The notes under the pieces were generated by a model. The model was given only the letters and a program-made list of their open reading frames with translations, was not told the DNA's origin and did no database searches. Shown piece by piece: positions 60,872-64,000 of a stretch of 64,000 nucleotides of DNA (within the stretch, counting starts at the first letter, position 1; every line of letters begins with the position of its first letter). Both the position numbers and the translations under genes were made by a program. The DNA is taken from contig JAKFFO010000119.1 of assembly GCA_036675035.1 (NCBI GenBank), positions 16,002 to 80,001 on the forward strand. The letters are read 5' to 3'. Source of the DNA: Oxalobacteraceae bacterium (GTDB taxonomy: Bacteria; Pseudomonadota; Gammaproteobacteria; Burkholderiales; Burkholderiaceae_D).

Positions 60872-61936
60872 ATGAAAAGTATTGCGCAGCGATATTGGAA
60901 GCAAATCTTTTGGTCAATGGGAGCGGGAATTCTGCTTTTTGGTAATGTGGCAGCAGCAGCGGACGCACCGGTTCGCTGGAAAATGCAAAGCTGGTTTCCT
61001 ACCAAACTTCAGCATGTGGGCACCCAGGCAGTAGATATCTCGAAAAAAATCAAGGCGATATCCGGTGGCAATATCCAGATTCAAGTGTTCGAGCCGGGAG
61101 CGCTGATTCCGCCAGCCGAATGCTTCGATGCTGTTTCCAATGGTGCCGTTAATGTCTGCTGGGGCGTGTCCGGCTACTACTATGGGAAAAATCCGGCGCT
61201 TGCGGTGTTCTCCGCTGTTCCCTTTGGTCCCAAGTGGCCAGAAATGCTCGCCTATTTTTACTATGGCGGCGGCAAGGAACAGTATGAGGAAATATACGCA
61301 CGAAACAATATCAAGGGAATCATGTGCGGCGGTACGGTCGCCGAAGCATCCGGCTGGTTCCGCAAGGAGATCAAGTCGGTAGAAGACTTCAAGGGCATGA
61401 AAATGCGGATCTTCGGTCTGGGTGCCAAGGTCCTGGAGAAAATGGGTGTGTCTCCACAACTGCTTCCCGCCGGCGATATTTTCCCCGCGCTTGAATTGGG
61501 CACCATTGATGCCGCCGAATTCGCAATGCCGGCCGTCGATCTCAAATTGGGATTTCATCAGGTAGCCAAACATTACTATTTCCCGGGCTGGCATCAGCCG
61601 GCGACGTTGTACGAACTGATCATCAACATGGACAAATGGAAAGCGCTGTCCAAGACTCAGCAAGCGCAAGTCGAGATGATGTGTGGTGATAATGTGCGGC
61701 AAGCGATTGCCGAAGGCGAAGCCAAGCAGTTCGCGGCGATGCGCGAGATCCAGAAAAAGGGCGTCACGCTGCATGAGTGGTCGCCGGAAATCATCAGCGC
61801 CATGCGCAAAGCCTGGGATCAAGTAGTCGTTGAAGAGTCTGCAAAATCAGCTGATTTCAAGAAGGTCTATGCGGATTTCACTGCATTCCGCAAGGACTAC
61901 AAAGTATGGAATGACCTCAGCTCAGTGAAAGATTGA
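60872..61936 (+). CDS. TRAP transporter substrate-binding protein
   Basis: Start chosen at ATG 60872 (MKSIAQRYWK), with ggaggag upstream, giving 354 aa. Signal peptide ...NVAAAADAPVRWKMQSWFP. Followed by TRAP small and large permease genes. Confidence 0.85.
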   Translation: MKSIAQRYWKQIFWSMGAGILLFGNVAAAADAPVRWKMQSWFPTKLQHVGTQAVDISKKIKAISGGNIQIQVFEPGALIPPAECFDAVSNGAVNVCWGVSGYYYGKNPALAVFSAVPFGPKWPEMLAYFYYGGGKEQYEEIYARNNIKGIMCGGTVAEASGWFRKEIKSVEDFKGMKMRIFGLGAKVLEKMGVSPQLLPAGDIFPALELGTIDAAEFAMPAVDLKLGFHQVAKHYYFPGWHQPATLYELIINMDKWKALSKTQQAQVEMMCGDNVRQAIAEGEAKQFAAMREIQKKGVTLHEWSPEIISAMRKAWDQVVVEESAKSADFKKVYADFTAFRKDYKVWNDLSSVKD

Positions 61937-61953
61937 CGCGACGCAATCAGAAA

Positions 61954-61978
61954 AGTCCCGCGGCTTTGCCGCGGGACT
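61954..61978 (+). other. perfect 10-bp stem-loop after the TRAP binding-protein gene
   Basis: agtcccgcgg-ctttg-ccgcgggact. There is no T-run after it, so it is more likely a partial terminator or mRNA stabiliser than a full terminator. Confidence 0.5.
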
Positions 61979-62226
61979 TCCTCCGCTTAACCCACCGACG
62001 AACAAGATAGTCCATGCCCTGGCACTTCAGGGCCGGATTCCTGTCGGTCGCAAAATGAACGAGCAAAGCGGTTGAATCAGGCATGTTGCAAGTACTGCCT
62101 GTAGGGTTTGCTAAACGAAGCTGTTTCTATTGATCACCTGAACTCATGCTTATCGTAGAGCGTCGTTCCAACTGAAGGCCGACAGAACAGTACGCGGCCA
62201 AGATCGAATAAGGAGAGAGTTGCGAT

Positions 62227-62793
62227 ATGCGCCACCTATTGAGAATCTCCGATGCACTCGGAAATTTCGTTGAAAGAATCGGCCGCTGGGCCGCTTGGGC
62301 CTTCTTCGTTTTGGTCGGCGTGATTATGGTTGACGTGATCGGACGGCATTTTTTCTCCGTCGGTTCTTCGCAGCTGCAGGAACTGGAATGGCATCTGCAT
62401 ACGGTGCTGATCATGTTTTGCATCGGCTTCGGCTATGTGACTGACAGTCATGTGCGCATTGACATTATTCGCGAGCGCCTGGGACGGCGCACTCAATGCT
62501 GGATCGAGATTATCGGATGCGTCCTTTTTCTGATCCCATTCTGCCTTGTGGTCATCTACTACGGCATGGAACTGACCGGTCGCTCATGGGACAAGGGTGA
62601 GATATCTTCTTCCGCCGCTGGCCTGCCTTATCGATGGTTCATCAAGTCGGCAATTCCTATCGGCATGTCGATCCTGATGCTCGGCGGTATCAGCGTACTG
62701 TTACGCCGTATCGTGATGCTGATCCGGCCCGACCTGTGCGAGCCGGACCCACGCCAACAGGCGGACATGACATTGCCCAACGGCGCCAAGTAG
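62227..62793 (+). CDS. TRAP transporter small permease
   Basis: 188 aa with 4 TM helices, positioned between the binding-protein and large-permease genes. Confidence 0.85.
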   Translation: MRHLLRISDALGNFVERIGRWAAWAFFVLVGVIMVDVIGRHFFSVGSSQLQELEWHLHTVLIMFCIGFGYVTDSHVRIDIIRERLGRRTQCWIEIIGCVLFLIPFCLVVIYYGMELTGRSWDKGEISSSAAGLPYRWFIKSAIPIGMSILMLGGISVLLRRIVMLIRPDLCEPDPRQQADMTLPNGAK

Positions 62794-62805
62794 AGGGAAA
62801 CACGA

Positions 62806-64000
62806 ATGGATATCTTCGAAAAACTTCCTCTGTTCATGTTCCTGGCGTTGGCGATCCTTATGTTCACCGGCTATCCGGTGGCCTTTGTGCTGGGCGGTAC
62901 CGCGCTCGCGTTCGGAATGATTGGCTATTATCTTGATGTCTTCGCTTTCATCGAGTTCTACAATATCACCGCACGCATCTGGGGCAGCGTGGCCGAAAAC
63001 CCCGTCTTCGTCGCGATTCCAATGTTTATTTTCATGGGAACGATGCTGGAAAAAAGCGGCATCGCGACCGACCTGCTGCATTGTCTTCAGGTCTTGTTAC
63101 GGCGCGTGCCGGGCGGCCTTGCGATTTCGGTTACGCTGCTGGGAACCATTCTTGCAGCCACCACCGGTATCGTCGGTGCATCCGTCATCATGATGACCCT
63201 GCTGGCTTTGCCGGTGATGCTGGCTCGGGGCTATCAGACCGAACTGGCGACAGGCACCATCGCGGCGTCCGGGACTCTCGGCATTCTCATTCCACCCAGC
63301 ATCATGCTGGTGATACTTGCCGACCTGCTCGCAGTGTCGGTCGGCGATCTGTTCATGGCGGCGCTTATCCCCGGCCTTGTTCTGTCCGGCCTTTACGTTA
63401 CCTACATTCTGATCCTTTGCACGATCAAGCCGAAACTGGCTCCGCCGCTCGGAAAAGATGAAGGCCCATCGAATCTGCGCGAATTGGCAATGCTGATATT
63501 GCGTGGTTTTCTGCCGCCGGTGTTTCTGATTGTGCTGGTACTCGGCTCGATCTTCTTCGGCTGGGCTACGCCGACCGAGGCCGGCGGGGTCGGGGCATTC
63601 GGCGCGATAGTGCTGGCGTACGTCAAGGGCAACCTGAAGTACCCGATCGTCAAAGTGGTGCTGGAGGATTCCGCCAAAACCAACGCGATGATCTTCATGA
63701 TTTTTCTCGGTGCGACCGCTTTTTCCTACGTGTTCCGCTCTCTTGGCGGCGATGACGTGATCGCGACCTTCTTCGAGGAACTGGGAATCGGTCCGGCCGG
63801 TATCATCTTTGTGATGATGCTCGTCATCTTCCTGATGGGATTTTTCTTTGACTGGGTCGAAATCATTCTCATCATCCTGCCGGTGTTCGTGCCGATCCTG
63901 GAAACGCTGGATCTCGGAACTCATGTGGCGCAAGAGGACTTCCTGGTATGGTTTGCGATTCTGCTCGCGGTCAATCTGCAGACCTCGTACCTGACGCCGC
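62806..64000 (+). CDS. TRAP transporter large permease (3' end truncated by the window)
   Basis: Not in the ORF track because no stop is reached. I translated from ATG 62806: MDIFEKLPLFMFLALAILMFTGYPVAFVLGGTALAFG...IPMFIFMGTMLEKSGIA...GTILAATTGIVGASV... The frame stays open to nt 64000. DctM-type polytopic protein. Confidence 0.88.
   Translation, partial: MDIFEKLPLFMFLALAILMFTGYPVAFVLGGTALAFGMIGYYLDVFAFIEFYNITARIWGSVAENPVFVAIPMFIFMGTMLEKSGIATDLLHCLQVLLRRVPGGLAISVTLLGTILAATTGIVGASVIMMTLLALPVMLARGYQTELATGTIAASGTLGILIPPSIMLVILADLLAVSVGDLFMAALIPGLVLSGLYVTYILILCTIKPKLAPPLGKDEGPSNLRELAMLILRGFLPPVFLIVLVLGSIFFGWATPTEAGGVGAFGAIVLAYVKGNLKYPIVKVVLEDSAKTNAMIFMIFLGATAFSYVFRSLGGDDVIATFFEELGIGPAGIIFVMMLVIFLMGFFFDWVEIILIILPVFVPILETLDLGTHVAQEDFLVWFAILLAVNLQTSYLTP

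Overview
This is a chromosomal, mostly housekeeping segment of a betaproteobacterium. By inference from memory, not a search, the gene order matches Burkholderiales (Oxalobacteraceae-like): ilvIHC-pssA-leuA, rpsO-pnp-qor-tpiA-secG-tRNA-Leu-nuoA..N-DUF2818-NUDIX, and tRNA-Val-thrS-infC-rpmI-rplT-pheST-ihfA-merR. I call about 60 CDS, 2 tRNAs, several intrinsic terminators and two REP-like palindromic elements. I saw no rRNA, CRISPR array, transposase, integrase or phage genes.

Layout:
- 0.5-3.8 kb (minus strand): membrane-anchored lipase-like hydrolase and a Tat-dependent two-subunit GMC flavoprotein dehydrogenase.
- 3.9-11.1 kb (minus strand): the only clearly accessory block. It is a cyclic-nucleotide signalling island made of a CHASE2 class III cyclase, a class II cNMP phosphodiesterase, a GAF-fused PilB/GspE-type ATPase and a GAF-fused HD-GYP phosphodiesterase.
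- 12.7-23.4 kb: branched-chain amino acid genes, pssA, leuA, rpsO-pnp.
- 26.4-41.1 kb: complete nuoA-N operon.
- 42.3-49.4 kb: ETF-QO plus a 3-hydroxybutyrate/acetoacetate catabolic cluster with a PAS-LuxR regulator.
- 49.4-60.3 kb: ridA-relA and the thrS-infC-rpmI-rplT-pheST-ihfA block.
- 60.9-64.0 kb: TRAP transporter, with the large permease truncated by the window end.

The best candidate for an undescribed system is the four-gene island. An orphan secretion/pilus-type motor ATPase and a c-di-GMP phosphodiesterase carry paralogous N-terminal GAF sensors. They sit immediately downstream of a cNMP synthase/hydrolase pair. No pilus or secretion partner genes occur anywhere in the window.

All calls rest on reading the supplied translations and the sequence by eye. 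No database search, folding or statistics were run. Many long ORFs antisense to real genes appear in the track and were rejected as shadow ORFs.
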